A DNA stretch of 64,000 bases from Candidatus Omnitrophota bacterium (GCA_018826075.1 JAHKAJ010000015.1:15091-79090), one strand, 5' to 3'. Numbered from the stretch's first letter, positions 39,181 through 49,482 are shown. Notes: generated by a model not told the origin, from the letters alone. Numbers and translations are program-made.

Positions 39181-39885
39181 TTAACTATTTTTGCCTTCTC
39201 TGGGTTTAACAGCACTAGAAAGCAACATAACTTCCTTGGAAAATCTTACCCATTTACTATGAGAACTTAGTCCTTTAGGGGTAATTAAAGCTATCAGTCC
39301 GGACAAAAGATTTAGCCAGGGCAACTTCCACAACAAAGGCAGCTGTCTAAATTTCTCGGCTTTAACCTGACTAAAACCGTTAATCTTAAAAATATCTTCT
39401 AAAGATTTGACTGTAAAAGGGGTCCGATGTGTATAATCTTCATAAAACATCTTGTAAACAGACTGCCAATCCGGTGTCATGGTAATAACTAAACCGCCGG
39501 GATTCAAAACTCGATAAATTTCCTGCACTAGCTTTTCAGGATAATAAAAATGTTCTAAAACTGATTTTGAAAAAATTACATCAAAACTGCTATCTTTATA
39601 CGGCAAAGGTTCATTTTCCAAATCTGATTGTAAAATTTCTGATTTCGAACAAAGATCTTTTGCCGCCAAAGATTCATCAACGCCATAGCCTTTTAATCCA
39701 CAGCGCACAAATCCTCTTAAAAACTCCCCGCGACCACAACCTAAATCAAGTATTTTCTGGCCAGCCGATAGCTGGTATCTTTTAACAAGATACTCAGTAA
39801 GCAAATCGGGATATTGAGTGAGTGGTTTTTCCTTTTGGTCATAGATTACCGAAACATAGTCTCTTTTATTGACTTCTTTAGACAT
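39181..39885 (-). CDS. Class I SAM-dependent methyltransferase (start refined to ATG 39885)
   Basis: LDLGCGRG, FDVIFSKSVLEH, LNPGG, DYTH. Confidence 0.88.
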   Translation of the reverse strand: MSKEVNKRDYVSVIYDQKEKPLTQYPDLLTEYLVKRYQLSAGQKILDLGCGRGEFLRGFVRCGLKGYGVDESLAAKDLCSKSEILQSDLENEPLPYKDSSFDVIFSKSVLEHFYYPEKLVQEIYRVLNPGGLVITMTPDWQSVYKMFYEDYTHRTPFTVKSLEDIFKINGFSQVKAEKFRQLPLLWKLPWLNLLSGLIALITPKGLSSHSKWVRFSKEVMLLSSAVKPREGKNS

Positions 39886-40313
39886 CAGAGAACCTCCACT
39901 AATTCGATAAATGTTCCTTCGGGGGCCCGGCAAAAGGCAACTTTAGCATAGCCGTCAGGTGAAACCTCAGGCCGGGAGTTAAAGAAAATTCCTGCGTCCT
40001 TTAATCTTTGGTATTCACTATCTAAATTATCCACAGTAAAAGCCACATGTCTGATACCGATATCAGTTATTTGATCTACCTCTATCTCCTGAAGATGAGA
40101 ATGGTACTCGAGCAACTCAATCATTTCCCCGTCTGGGGCCTTCATCTTAACTGTTGTTACAGATACTCCTTCCAAAGCGAGAACCTTATCAATATAGCCA
40201 CCCTTCTCTTCCATTTGCCTTTCAACCTTGAAACCGAGTAAATCACGGTAAAAAGCTAAAGACTTCTCAAGATTCTTAACTACTATCCCGGTATGACGAA
40301 TGTTTTTAACCAT
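39885..40313 (-). CDS. VOC/glyoxalase family protein
   Basis: IRHTGIVV, FYRDLLG, IELLE, RHVAF, PEGTFIELVE (H/E/H/E metal set). Confidence 0.88.
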   Translation of the reverse strand: MVKNIRHTGIVVKNLEKSLAFYRDLLGFKVERQMEEKGGYIDKVLALEGVSVTTVKMKAPDGEMIELLEYHSHLQEIEVDQITDIGIRHVAFTVDNLDSEYQRLKDAGIFFNSRPEVSPDGYAKVAFCRAPEGTFIELVEVL

Positions 40314-41041
40314 TATTCTATTACCACTCTATTTAACTTAATCTCTTCAGAGACCATTTCCTGGTCAAAAGAAACGACAAAAACTATATACCGAGCTAAC
40401 TCTTTAGGGTCAATAAAAGTATCAAAGTTTTGATTTTCAATTAGTTTTCCCATCCTTGTTTTTACTGCTCCCGGCGAAACACAAAATGTTCTGATATTGT
40501 GATCTTTTAGCTCTTTGTGTAAAGATCGAGAAAATCCTAAAAGAGCATGCTTTGAAGCACAGTAAAGTGAGGTCTTTTTGTATCCGGTGTAAGCCGAAGA
40601 AGAACCAATATTTATAATCCTACCCCATTTTTTCTTTACCATACCTTTAGAAAACTCTTTGCAAAATATGAATGCCGATCTGACATTTAAGTTAAAACTG
40701 GTTTCAAAATCTTCCAAGCTAGAATCGGATAGATTCTTGACTACAAAAATACCAGCACAATTAATTAAAATATCTATAATCAACATCTTCTCTTTTGCTA
40801 GGGCTATTATTTTATTTATATCCTGAATCTTATTAAAATCTCCGGCTTGATAAAAAATATTTCTTTTCTTATCCTGAGAGGCTTCTATCTCTTCCTTCAA
40901 ACTTTTCAATTTAGCGCTATTGGTCGCGGTCAAAAATAAATTACAACCATTGGCAGCCATTTGCAAGGCTATCTGCTTTCCTATTCCGCCAGTTGCGCCG
41001 GTTATAAAACAATTCTTATTTTCAAATAGTTTAAACTTCAT
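40313..41041 (-). CDS. SDR-family oxidoreductase
   Basis: TGATGGIG, LINCAG, YCASK, SPG. Confidence 0.88.
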   Translation of the reverse strand: MKFKLFENKNCFITGATGGIGKQIALQMAANGCNLFLTATNSAKLKSLKEEIEASQDKKRNIFYQAGDFNKIQDINKIIALAKEKMLIIDILINCAGIFVVKNLSDSSLEDFETSFNLNVRSAFIFCKEFSKGMVKKKWGRIINIGSSSAYTGYKKTSLYCASKHALLGFSRSLHKELKDHNIRTFCVSPGAVKTRMGKLIENQNFDTFIDPKELARYIVFVVSFDQEMVSEEIKLNRVVIE

Positions 41042-41769
41042 TAACCAAAAATCCTCCTTGCAAGATTTGGATCCTTGCCAATTTGATATTCTAGATAACC
41101 AAAGTCTTCCGGAATGTCGACTTCAAAAATCTGTGGCGTAACATAAGCGATAACCCGATCGCCGTGTATCTTTTTAGCCTCTCTAACATAAGCACTCTTA
41201 ATTATGTCAACATAGCCATTAGCTTGATAGGTTGTTGCAAACTCCTGACGAGGACGATTGGCCGCTTCTATGTCTAAAGATCCTGAACCGATAGATTTCA
41301 AATATCCTTCCTCTATATCAAAAGCTTTATAAACTGATTCGGTCATCGCATGCACTGAACGCAAAGCAGTGACCGACTCTTCAGCTTCCTTGATCCGCGA
41401 AATCGCCCCTTCGATATAACTTATCTCACGAAACGGTGTTGTCGGACGTAGATGAACTAGATATTTAGGCTGATACCCTTGATTGTCCTGCAGCCAATCT
41501 AAAAGATGTTTAATAAACTCATAGTCGGTACTGCTGTCGCCGGATATCTCCTTGGGCCGCAAAAAAGGAACGTCAGCCTTGTATTTCCGGGCGATATCAG
41601 CGTAATGTTCGGAATCGGTCGAGACAATTACTCTATCGATATTAGCTGTTGCGGTTGCCGCCGCAATGGTATAAGCAAACAAAGGCCGGCCGCCTAATAA
41701 TTTGATATTCTTATCGATCACAGATCTTGAACCGGATCTTGCCGGAATTACAGCAACCACTTCTTCCAT
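41041..41769 (-). CDS. Acylneuraminate cytidylyltransferase (start refined to ATG 41769)
   Basis: IPARSGSRSV.DKNI, VSTDS, LRPTTP, RQ, NGYVD, EVDIPEDF. Confidence 0.85.
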   Translation of the reverse strand: MEEVVAVIPARSGSRSVIDKNIKLLGGRPLFAYTIAAATATANIDRVIVSTDSEHYADIARKYKADVPFLRPKEISGDSSTDYEFIKHLLDWLQDNQGYQPKYLVHLRPTTPFREISYIEGAISRIKEAEESVTALRSVHAMTESVYKAFDIEEGYLKSIGSGSLDIEAANRPRQEFATTYQANGYVDIIKSAYVREAKKIHGDRVIAYVTPQIFEVDIPEDFGYLEYQIGKDPNLARRIFG

Positions 41770-41771
41770 AG

Positions 41772-42632
41772 TTAACAAACCTCTTGTATGCTTGACTCCC
41801 AACGAATATGAGCCCTTAATTTTTGAGCAATTGGCACTTCTTTGCTGTGCATGGTTAGTTTTCCTGTACCCATTGCAGCTTCTATTTTTCGCACGGCTCC
41901 CACTAATGTCCGCAAACCACCTGGTTCAACTGAGGCTGCTTGATCTGAACCATACATCGCCCGATCTAAAGTAATATGCCTCTCCAATGAAGAAATCCCT
42001 AAAGAAGCCGCTGCATAAGACACCGCTAAACCAACTTCATGTCCGCTATAGCCAACCTTGCACTGATATAAATTACGTAAAGCTTCTATCCGTTTCAAAT
42101 TAGCATCTTCATCAGCCATCGGGTAAGTAGAAATGCAATGCATTAGCTCAAAAGAACACTTAGCTTTCTTGAAAATTTCTACCGCTCGGTCAATGTGTTT
42201 TTTTTCACTCATGCCGGTCGCAATAAAAGTATGCTTACCTTCTGAAGCAACTAGCTCAAGTAGCTCTTCATAAACAATCATTGCCGAAGCGATCTTGTTA
42301 TATTTTAAATTAAATTGTTGCAAAAACTTCTGACTTTCAATATCCCAAGCTGAAGCAAACCATTCAATGCTCTTTTCTTTACAATATTGATCGATCTCTT
42401 GATATTCTTTGAGTCCAAATTCAAGGCCTTCCTTTTGAGCCCGTTGGGTATCGCCCCAGGGACTTTGACGCGGTGAATCTAGAAACTGTTTTGAATAAAC
42501 TAAATCAACTGTCCGCTTCTGAAACTTAACAACATCGCATCCGGCATCTTTAGCTGTATCAATTAACTGCTTAGCAATGCCTACATCTCCGTTATGATTA
42601 ATCCCGACTTCAGCAACAATAAATATTCCCAT
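41772..42632 (-). CDS. Short NeuB-family PEP-dependent ulosonate synthase (no SAF domain)
   Basis: AEVGINHNGD, VKFQKRT, SAWD, KIASA, HCISTYP, GYSGHE, ERHIT, GSDQAAS. Confidence 0.88.
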   Translation of the reverse strand: MGIFIVAEVGINHNGDVGIAKQLIDTAKDAGCDVVKFQKRTVDLVYSKQFLDSPRQSPWGDTQRAQKEGLEFGLKEYQEIDQYCKEKSIEWFASAWDIESQKFLQQFNLKYNKIASAMIVYEELLELVASEGKHTFIATGMSEKKHIDRAVEIFKKAKCSFELMHCISTYPMADEDANLKRIEALRNLYQCKVGYSGHEVGLAVSYAAASLGISSLERHITLDRAMYGSDQAASVEPGGLRTLVGAVRKIEAAMGTGKLTMHSKEVPIAQKLRAHIRWESSIQEVC

Positions 42633-42652
42633 TTTTTCTCCTTGGTTAAAGT

Positions 42653-43942
42653 TTAGTTAGTTCTATCTGCCAACTCTACTAATAATTCATCAATACTTTT
42701 TTCGGCCGAAGGAACGTGTTTTCCTCTTCTAAAAATAACCGGATCATAAGTCCCGTCTTCTTCAATCCAATCAATTCCTTCTGAGTTGCCAAACCAAGCT
42801 TTGGGATTCAAGGTGTAACTCTTAGATATTGCACTAAAACCGATAACAAAAGCTTGATCGCAAGCAGCTCGGCCGTCACGCAGGGCACTGGAAGCAAAAC
42901 CAACCATACCTAAATAATCACACATGACTTCTCTTATTGGCTGATCATACCCAACGCAAATTGCGTTAACACCTTTACTTTTAAGATAATCCTGTAAATC
43001 ATAGGCCCAATGACTATTATCCCGTGGATGAAAACGTAAATGTACACTTCTAGCGCCACTCTCAGACAAAACAATCTGGATATCTCGATAGATAATTTCC
43101 AGCTGACTGGGAGAAAGTTTACTTTCATTAATAAAGCCACTCAATATCAGTAAAATAGCCGACTTATCTTTTTTAGCCTCATTGCCATTACAGCGGCAAT
43201 TTCCCTGTGTCGGATACTTAACAACATGCGCTTGGGCTTTTTTAAATAACTTTCTCACCTCTTCGGCTTCAACCTCATCGCAAAAAACAAAAACTCCTGA
43301 ATTATCTTTCGGAGCGATTTGATTAGAACTAACGTGTCCAGTTAAAGGGAATATTTTTCTAACCAACAACCCTGGTAAAATAATTCGACTACAAAACCGG
43401 TTCCCTTCTTTAAGAAAAAGGTGAAAAATCTTATTAGCATAGGCTTTTCCAGTCTGAAAAAATTCGTCAAATGATTTTGCCTGTTTAGTTTTTCTAAGTA
43501 CTTTGGATAAAAAACTATCCTGACTGCCGGGGTCAACAACTCGTTTGTACAAAGGATACCCCAGGGCTGCCCAAAAACAAACACAGACACAATGCGAAGG
43601 AATAACGCATTCTACTATATATCGCTCAAACACCTGGGCCACAGCATTTGATAGAAAAACATCGAAATTAGAACTGCGCCAGGTTTTCAGCTTTGACTTA
43701 ATATAAAAATGATGCTTGAGTATATTTTTAGAACTAGGCACAAGCCAGTATTCCTTAATTAACCCCTGAACACGCATTGAATCTAAAGCTTCTAGAGTTT
43801 TTGCTGGGGTAAAGTAATCTATTAAGATAATCGAAATCGAAAAATTCTCAGCCAATTTTGGTATCAAAGGAATCATTGTCTCATAAAAAACTTGAGGGCT
43901 GCCCCAGGACATCAATAGCTTTTTCTTATCATTCTTACTCAT
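42653..43942 (-). CDS. Hypothetical protein, putative sialyl/ulosonyl-transferase-like
   Basis: LRFHPRD and FASSAL resemble the HP and SS motifs of bacterial sialyltransferases; directly upstream of the NeuB/NeuA pair. Confidence 0.45.
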   Translation of the reverse strand: MSKNDKKKLLMSWGSPQVFYETMIPLIPKLAENFSISIILIDYFTPAKTLEALDSMRVQGLIKEYWLVPSSKNILKHHFYIKSKLKTWRSSNFDVFLSNAVAQVFERYIVECVIPSHCVCVCFWAALGYPLYKRVVDPGSQDSFLSKVLRKTKQAKSFDEFFQTGKAYANKIFHLFLKEGNRFCSRIILPGLLVRKIFPLTGHVSSNQIAPKDNSGVFVFCDEVEAEEVRKLFKKAQAHVVKYPTQGNCRCNGNEAKKDKSAILLILSGFINESKLSPSQLEIIYRDIQIVLSESGARSVHLRFHPRDNSHWAYDLQDYLKSKGVNAICVGYDQPIREVMCDYLGMVGFASSALRDGRAACDQAFVIGFSAISKSYTLNPKAWFGNSEGIDWIEEDGTYDPVIFRRGKHVPSAEKSIDELLVELADRTN

Positions 43943-45765
43943 CTATAATCACTCCCTAAGGCCTGTAAACAAACAAGTCTATGATATACTCCTTTCTGTT
44001 CAAGGAGCTCCTGATGAGTTCCCTGCTGAACAAGGCAGCCGCCGCTAACAACAAATATTCGGTCAGCATCTAAAACCGTGGAAAGACGATGAGCTATAGT
44101 AATAACCGTTCTTCCTTTAGCGATATAATCTAAAGCCTGCTGAACTATCCGCTCTGACTCTGTGTCTAGAGATGAGGTTGCTTCATCAAAAACAAGAATC
44201 TCAGGCTCAGTTAAGATAGCCCTAGCAATTGCGATCCGCTGCCTTTGGCCTCCCGATAAACGCACGCCTCTTTCACCAAGCAAGGTATCATAGCCCTTAG
44301 GCAGTTCCTTTATAAACTCAGAAACATGGGCCCGTTGGGCGGCTGTCTCTATCTCCTCTTTGCTGGCTCCAGGTTTAGCAAAGGCAATGTTAGCCTGAAC
44401 TGTATCATTAAATAAAAAAGTGTCTTGAGAAACAACTCCGATTGACCTACGCCAAAAATTAAGATCCAGCTCTCGCAAGTCAACACCATCAATAAGAATC
44501 TGTCCCTTTTGGGGATCATAAAAACGCAATAGAAGTTCTACTATCGTTGATTTGCCGCCGCCAGAAGGGCCAACAATGCCAACTTTCAATCCTTTAGTAA
44601 TCGACAAAGACACATCGCTCAATACTACATTCTCACCACTATTGTATTGAAAACTAAGATCTTTTATCTCTATTTCCTTTTTTAAGCCGGAGAAACATTT
44701 GCTACCATTAGGAATGTAGAGCGATTCTTTTTCCTGAATAAATTGATGAATGCGATTCAAGAAAGGCCAATAGCCAATAATTGAAACTCGTATTGAATTA
44801 AAAGCATTTGCCGAAGGTAGAATCCGGAAAAATATAAAAAGAAAGACTAGAAGGACCTGGATCGAAGACTCACCGTAATGCTGCAAAGCAAATGATCCAG
44901 CAATCATAACCAAAGCTAAACTGCTGACAGCTATAAATTCAAAAAAAGGCTTAACTAGATCTTTTGCCTTAACCAAACTAAAAACCTTTTTTCTATATTC
45001 TTCTGCATCTTTATCGAACCTATTGATAGTATCATTCTCACGATTAAACAAATGAATGGTCTTCATGCCAGTTAAGGCGTCAAGCAAAGTACTAGTTAAA
45101 TTTTTAACCGCTAAATCGGAAGCCTTACCGGATGCTGCTGCCCGGCGACTTAAGCCTTTAAGGATCGACGAAGCTAATACAACTAGAACAACAGCAAGGA
45201 TTGTCATCTTCCAAGATAAAACAAATAACATTGAAAGAAGCAACAAAATAGTAAGCAGCTTAGGAACAATATTTCCTATATTACCTATCAACACTCCTAC
45301 ATGATTAGCATTAGTTATAATCAGAGATTGAATATGGCCCAATCGTTGCAAGTTAAAGTAACCTATTTTAAATTTCATCAATTGTTCAAAGCAAAGCATG
45401 CGATAGTATTTTATGGAATTCTGCTGCAGGCGATTTACTAAAATATTCCCCATATAGGTTAAAAAACTCTTAAGCGAAATTATAATAATCATAAACGCGG
45501 CAATGGTTTGAATTTTTTGTTTGAGTCCCATATCAACAAAAAAAGAAGAAACTAGACTAAAAGGATATGGCAACGGCACAATCTTTGGCCCAGCGGCGCC
45601 ATCTAACAAAGGAATAACTATAGTTACTCCAAAGCCCTCAGTTAAAGATACACCAATTCCAAAAAAGGCGATAAGAATAACTATGCCTTTAAACCGTTTT
45701 AACAACTGCACGAGCTGTTTTGTATTATCTTTAACTAACAGCTCTTTATGTAACTGCTCATCCAT
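43939..45765 (-). CDS. ABC transporter permease/ATPase (MsbA/PglK-like glycan flippase)
   Basis: N-terminal TM domain; GPSGGGKST, LSGGQRQR, FDEATS, IAHRL. Confidence 0.9.
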   Translation of the reverse strand: MDEQLHKELLVKDNTKQLVQLLKRFKGIVILIAFFGIGVSLTEGFGVTIVIPLLDGAAGPKIVPLPYPFSLVSSFFVDMGLKQKIQTIAAFMIIIISLKSFLTYMGNILVNRLQQNSIKYYRMLCFEQLMKFKIGYFNLQRLGHIQSLIITNANHVGVLIGNIGNIVPKLLTILLLLSMLFVLSWKMTILAVVLVVLASSILKGLSRRAAASGKASDLAVKNLTSTLLDALTGMKTIHLFNRENDTINRFDKDAEEYRKKVFSLVKAKDLVKPFFEFIAVSSLALVMIAGSFALQHYGESSIQVLLVFLFIFFRILPSANAFNSIRVSIIGYWPFLNRIHQFIQEKESLYIPNGSKCFSGLKKEIEIKDLSFQYNSGENVVLSDVSLSITKGLKVGIVGPSGGGKSTIVELLLRFYDPQKGQILIDGVDLRELDLNFWRRSIGVVSQDTFLFNDTVQANIAFAKPGASKEEIETAAQRAHVSEFIKELPKGYDTLLGERGVRLSGGQRQRIAIARAILTEPEILVFDEATSSLDTESERIVQQALDYIAKGRTVITIAHRLSTVLDADRIFVVSGGCLVQQGTHQELLEQKGVYHRLVCLQALGSDYR

Positions 45766-46825
45766 ATCGCGCCTCTTGACATTTCTTAGAAATAGCTGTC
45801 ACTGCCTTATATATAGGTAAAAACCCAGGATAGTTTACTGACTTTTTATTTAACAATGAACTCAAACTCACTTCTTTTGAGGAAAACAACTGCTTGGTTT
45901 TCTTTAAAATCCCATAGGCTCCGGGAATGCACTTACTTATCTTCTTTAAGCGTTCTTTTGGGGAAAAAACAGCATAGCGCTGCTTAAACTTATCTGACAG
46001 GCAACCATTCAGATAGCTCCAAAAAGCCCTTTTAGATATAGCCTGAGCCTGCTCGCGAGTAATACTATCCTCCTGAATAAGGCCTTCAACCAAAGAATCA
46101 TGAAATATTTTATAAGCTTCATTCCAGTCAGGATTAGTTATCCAATCATAAATATCACTATGAAATGCACGCCCCTGATGGTGCTGTCTCACTAAATACA
46201 GGTCATCATAATGCTTTATTTTTCCATGAACAACAGAAAGGCAACATGGCAATAGCTCCTCCATAAATGCCCGCTCAGAGAGTTGTTTAACATTCTGATA
46301 TAACTTTTTCCATGTTTCCGTGCGCTGAACTGAAAAAACAGTAACACTGTAATTATTTAAATGGCCTATTAACCTCTCGCTTGCTGTTGATTCCTCTACT
46401 GCCCGCTGAGGATACCTCCCTATATTCAAAAACTCTCCATAAACACCGGAATTCTTAAGTGAAAAAACCAAAGCGCTACCATGAGCGGCACTATATTCTG
46501 GATTGCTCTCTAGAAAATCAATACACTTTTCCAACGTTTTGGTAATAATGAAGTCATCGTCAAGAATGATTGCTGCATAAGGAGTATCTAACTTGTCGAC
46601 CAGGGCCTTCAAGCACATTGAAATCGATAGATTAGGATACTCAAGGTGTCTAATGTTTAACTTACCGTCTAGGCTCTTAATAAATTCTTTAGTTCGTTCC
46701 AGATGAGTCTGGTCACTGGAATCTCCTATACAAATTGAATAGGGATAGTCTGTGTCAGCGTAATATTGCAGTAATCTAATTAAAAAATCAGATCGGTCCA
46801 TTGTCGGAATCATCAAGGTAATCAT
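45758..46825 (-). CDS. GT-A fold glycosyltransferase (TIGR00180-like)
   Basis: LMIPTMDR, IGDSS, LDDDF, SAAHG, EELL. Confidence 0.7.
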   Translation of the reverse strand: MITLMIPTMDRSDFLIRLLQYYADTDYPYSICIGDSSDQTHLERTKEFIKSLDGKLNIRHLEYPNLSISMCLKALVDKLDTPYAAIILDDDFIITKTLEKCIDFLESNPEYSAAHGSALVFSLKNSGVYGEFLNIGRYPQRAVEESTASERLIGHLNNYSVTVFSVQRTETWKKLYQNVKQLSERAFMEELLPCCLSVVHGKIKHYDDLYLVRQHHQGRAFHSDIYDWITNPDWNEAYKIFHDSLVEGLIQEDSITREQAQAISKRAFWSYLNGCLSDKFKQRYAVFSPKERLKKISKCIPGAYGILKKTKQLFSSKEVSLSSLLNKKSVNYPGFLPIYKAVTAISKKCQEARYG

Positions 46826-46849
46826 AACTATCTTTTTATAGCCCTGCGT

Positions 46850-48055
46850 TTAACCTTCTTGCTTATTATTTATAAACTCTTCGACGATTTTTAAAAAATA
46901 ATCGAGATGCTCTTTGCCTAAATCCTGATGCACCCCAATATGCAGACCATTGTTACCTACATACTCAGCATTTGGGAAATCACCTAACTTATAGCCTAAG
47001 AATTCGAATCCCGGACATTGAGTCGGCATTGAAGAAAAAAGACTTCGTGTGTCAACGCCTTTTTCTTCAAGAAAAATCACCAATTGTTCACGACTGAATT
47101 TAGCCTTTTCCTGGACAATAATCGGAAAGGCATGTGGACCTATCTTTTCATAAGCGGCCTCTTCTATAGTTACAAGGTCAGCTTCGAACTTTTTAAAATT
47201 ATCAATTAAATATTTTAAGTTTTCTCTTCTTTTATCTAATATGTCCTGATAACTATCGATATTGCCAAGACCAATAGCCGCTTCCATTTCGTTCATCTTG
47301 CAGGAATAGCCAATCCGCTCAAAGCTAAATCGAATATCTCGCTTTTGACCATATTGAAACCGCTTAGCGCAATATTTAGATTGGGTATTAAGTTGGCAAA
47401 TTTTGCATTTGCAGGCTCGACCATGGCAACGCAACGATCTTAAAATTTCAGCAAATTCAGAGTTATCAGTAGTTATGATTCCGCCTTCAACCGTAGTGAT
47501 AATGTGGGCTACATAAAGGCTAAAAGCTCCCATATCAGCCAAGGCCCCAGCTTTTTTGCCCTTATATTCGGCACCATGAGCTTCAGCAGCATCTTCGATA
47601 ACATAAAGATTGTATTTTTTGGCTATTAGTTTAATCTCATCCATCGCTGCTGGTTTACCCATTAAATGAACCGGCATAATTGCGCATGTGTTATCAGTAA
47701 TTGCTGCCTCTATTTTTTTAGGATCGATATTTAAAGTTTTCCGATCAATATCGATAAATGCCGGCCTAAACCCGGCTTGCAACACTGCGTTTCCAGTAGC
47801 TACAAAAGAAAGTGCCGGAACTATTACCTGATCGTCTTTTTGAGCCCCAAAATCATACAATGTTGCTAAGGCTAAAGCATCGGCATCAGTGCCACTGGAT
47901 ACAGCGACTGCTTCTTTAACCCCGATTAGCTGAGCGAATCTCTCTTCCAATTCTCTTACATATTTACCGGAAGAAAGACGATTAGAATCTAAACACTGAT
48001 TAACCAATTCTTTTGCTTTAGTAGTAACTGAAATAGTACCAAAAGGTATTCTCAT
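46850..48055 (-). CDS. DegT-family PLP/PMP enzyme with His at the catalytic Lys position; probable NDP-4-keto-6-deoxysugar 3-dehydratase (E1/RfbH/ColD-like; start refined to 48055)
   Basis: EDAAEAHG, FSLYVAHIITTVEGG, Cys-rich RCHGRACKCKIC...C.KRF. Confidence 0.75.
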   Translation of the reverse strand: MRIPFGTISVTTKAKELVNQCLDSNRLSSGKYVRELEERFAQLIGVKEAVAVSSGTDADALALATLYDFGAQKDDQVIVPALSFVATGNAVLQAGFRPAFIDIDRKTLNIDPKKIEAAITDNTCAIMPVHLMGKPAAMDEIKLIAKKYNLYVIEDAAEAHGAEYKGKKAGALADMGAFSLYVAHIITTVEGGIITTDNSEFAEILRSLRCHGRACKCKICQLNTQSKYCAKRFQYGQKRDIRFSFERIGYSCKMNEMEAAIGLGNIDSYQDILDKRRENLKYLIDNFKKFEADLVTIEEAAYEKIGPHAFPIIVQEKAKFSREQLVIFLEEKGVDTRSLFSSMPTQCPGFEFLGYKLGDFPNAEYVGNNGLHIGVHQDLGKEHLDYFLKIVEEFINNKQEG

Positions 48056-49482
48056 TTTTTCAACTCCCTTTGGAAAAGACATCTTTTAATTTTGTCAGTC
48101 AATCTAAATAACATAAGAATCGCCCCTAAAATTCCACTTTTACGAATCATCGGTAAAATTCGCCAAGGAGCAGAATAGATACTTAAAAATCCGTCATTTT
48201 GTAGCTGAAGTAACTTTTCGGCCGACAACTCGTTCACCTCCATAACCGCTGAACCGTAACGCCTGTACCTTGAATAGTCTTCAGTCAATAATCTTAATCC
48301 ATAATCTCCTCTTCTAGCCATATCATAAAGCTCAGTGCCAGGGTAGGGAGTAGCAATGCTAAAATTGGCCTGCTGAATATCTCGGGCCTGACGCAAAAAG
48401 CTAAGTGTTTTGCCTACGGTTTCAGCTGTCTCCCCGGGTAAACCAAGCATAATCGAATTCAAAGTCTCAATGCCATATTTATTAGTAATCCGATTGGCTT
48501 TTTCATAACTATCTAAAGGAACTTCTTTTTTAATAATTTTGCGAATTTCAGGATCGACAGTTTCTAAACCAAAAGAAATTCTAATTAAACCGCTGTTAGC
48601 CATAACTTCTACCAACTCTTCATCAATCAGATTTGCTCGAGTGCTGCCGTCAAAAGTTATTTTCAAGTTCTCTTTAATTATTGCCTGACAAATTGCTAAA
48701 ATATAGTTTCGATCCAAAGTAAGAGTATCATCAAGAAAAGTAAAATGCCGAGTATTAAAATTATAAATCACTGACTTAATCTCAGCGATGACTGAATCTA
48801 CAGATCTTCTTCTCACCTGACTTCCAAATACTTTAGTGCTACAAAATATGCATTTAAAAGGGCAACCTCTTGTAGTCATGATAGTAGTGAAATTCTTTCT
48901 GCCCCTTAAAGTTCCGATATTATATTTTTCTCTGTTTAGCAGGTGTCGGGCCGGATAAGGTATTGAATCGATGTCCTTTACTGGTTCTGAACTGCCGGTA
49001 GAAATAGTTTTGCCGTCTTTCCGATAAATAATGCCTTTAATACCGGAAATGTCTTCATCATTTTCATAACGGTTCAAAAAATTAACCCATGACTCCTCAG
49101 CTTCGCCAATAAACGCATAGTCAAAACAAGCTGGGAAATCTTTTTCCTGTAATATAGTTATATGGGCCCCTCCGATAACTATCGGGATATTAGAAAACCT
49201 CCGTTTAAAAGCCTTGGCATGCTCAACCACTATATGGAAAAAAGGAGTAGTTGCGGTCATGCCGATAATATCCGGATTGAAATTTTCTATTTCTTTGGTA
49301 ATTTTTTCTAAAGAAATATTTTCAGCCTCAGCATCGATAATTTTCACTGTATGACCCAGTTTTTCAGCCAAAGCAGCGATGTAAGCTAAATTTAACGGCG
49401 GCCAAATAGATGCTTTTTTGGCAAAATGCGAAAATATTCCGTATTCAGCCGTCCAGCGTGGAAATAGCAATAGGATCTTCAT
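48052..49482 (-). CDS. Cobalamin-binding radical SAM protein
   Basis: WPPLNLAYIAA, IGGAH, GEAE, TRGCPFKCIFC, DDT, FGLET, PYPGT. Confidence 0.9.
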   Translation of the reverse strand: MKILLLFPRWTAEYGIFSHFAKKASIWPPLNLAYIAALAEKLGHTVKIIDAEAENISLEKITKEIENFNPDIIGMTATTPFFHIVVEHAKAFKRRFSNIPIVIGGAHITILQEKDFPACFDYAFIGEAEESWVNFLNRYENDEDISGIKGIIYRKDGKTISTGSSEPVKDIDSIPYPARHLLNREKYNIGTLRGRKNFTTIMTTRGCPFKCIFCSTKVFGSQVRRRSVDSVIAEIKSVIYNFNTRHFTFLDDTLTLDRNYILAICQAIIKENLKITFDGSTRANLIDEELVEVMANSGLIRISFGLETVDPEIRKIIKKEVPLDSYEKANRITNKYGIETLNSIMLGLPGETAETVGKTLSFLRQARDIQQANFSIATPYPGTELYDMARRGDYGLRLLTEDYSRYRRYGSAVMEVNELSAEKLLQLQNDGFLSIYSAPWRILPMIRKSGILGAILMLFRLTDKIKRCLFQRELKK

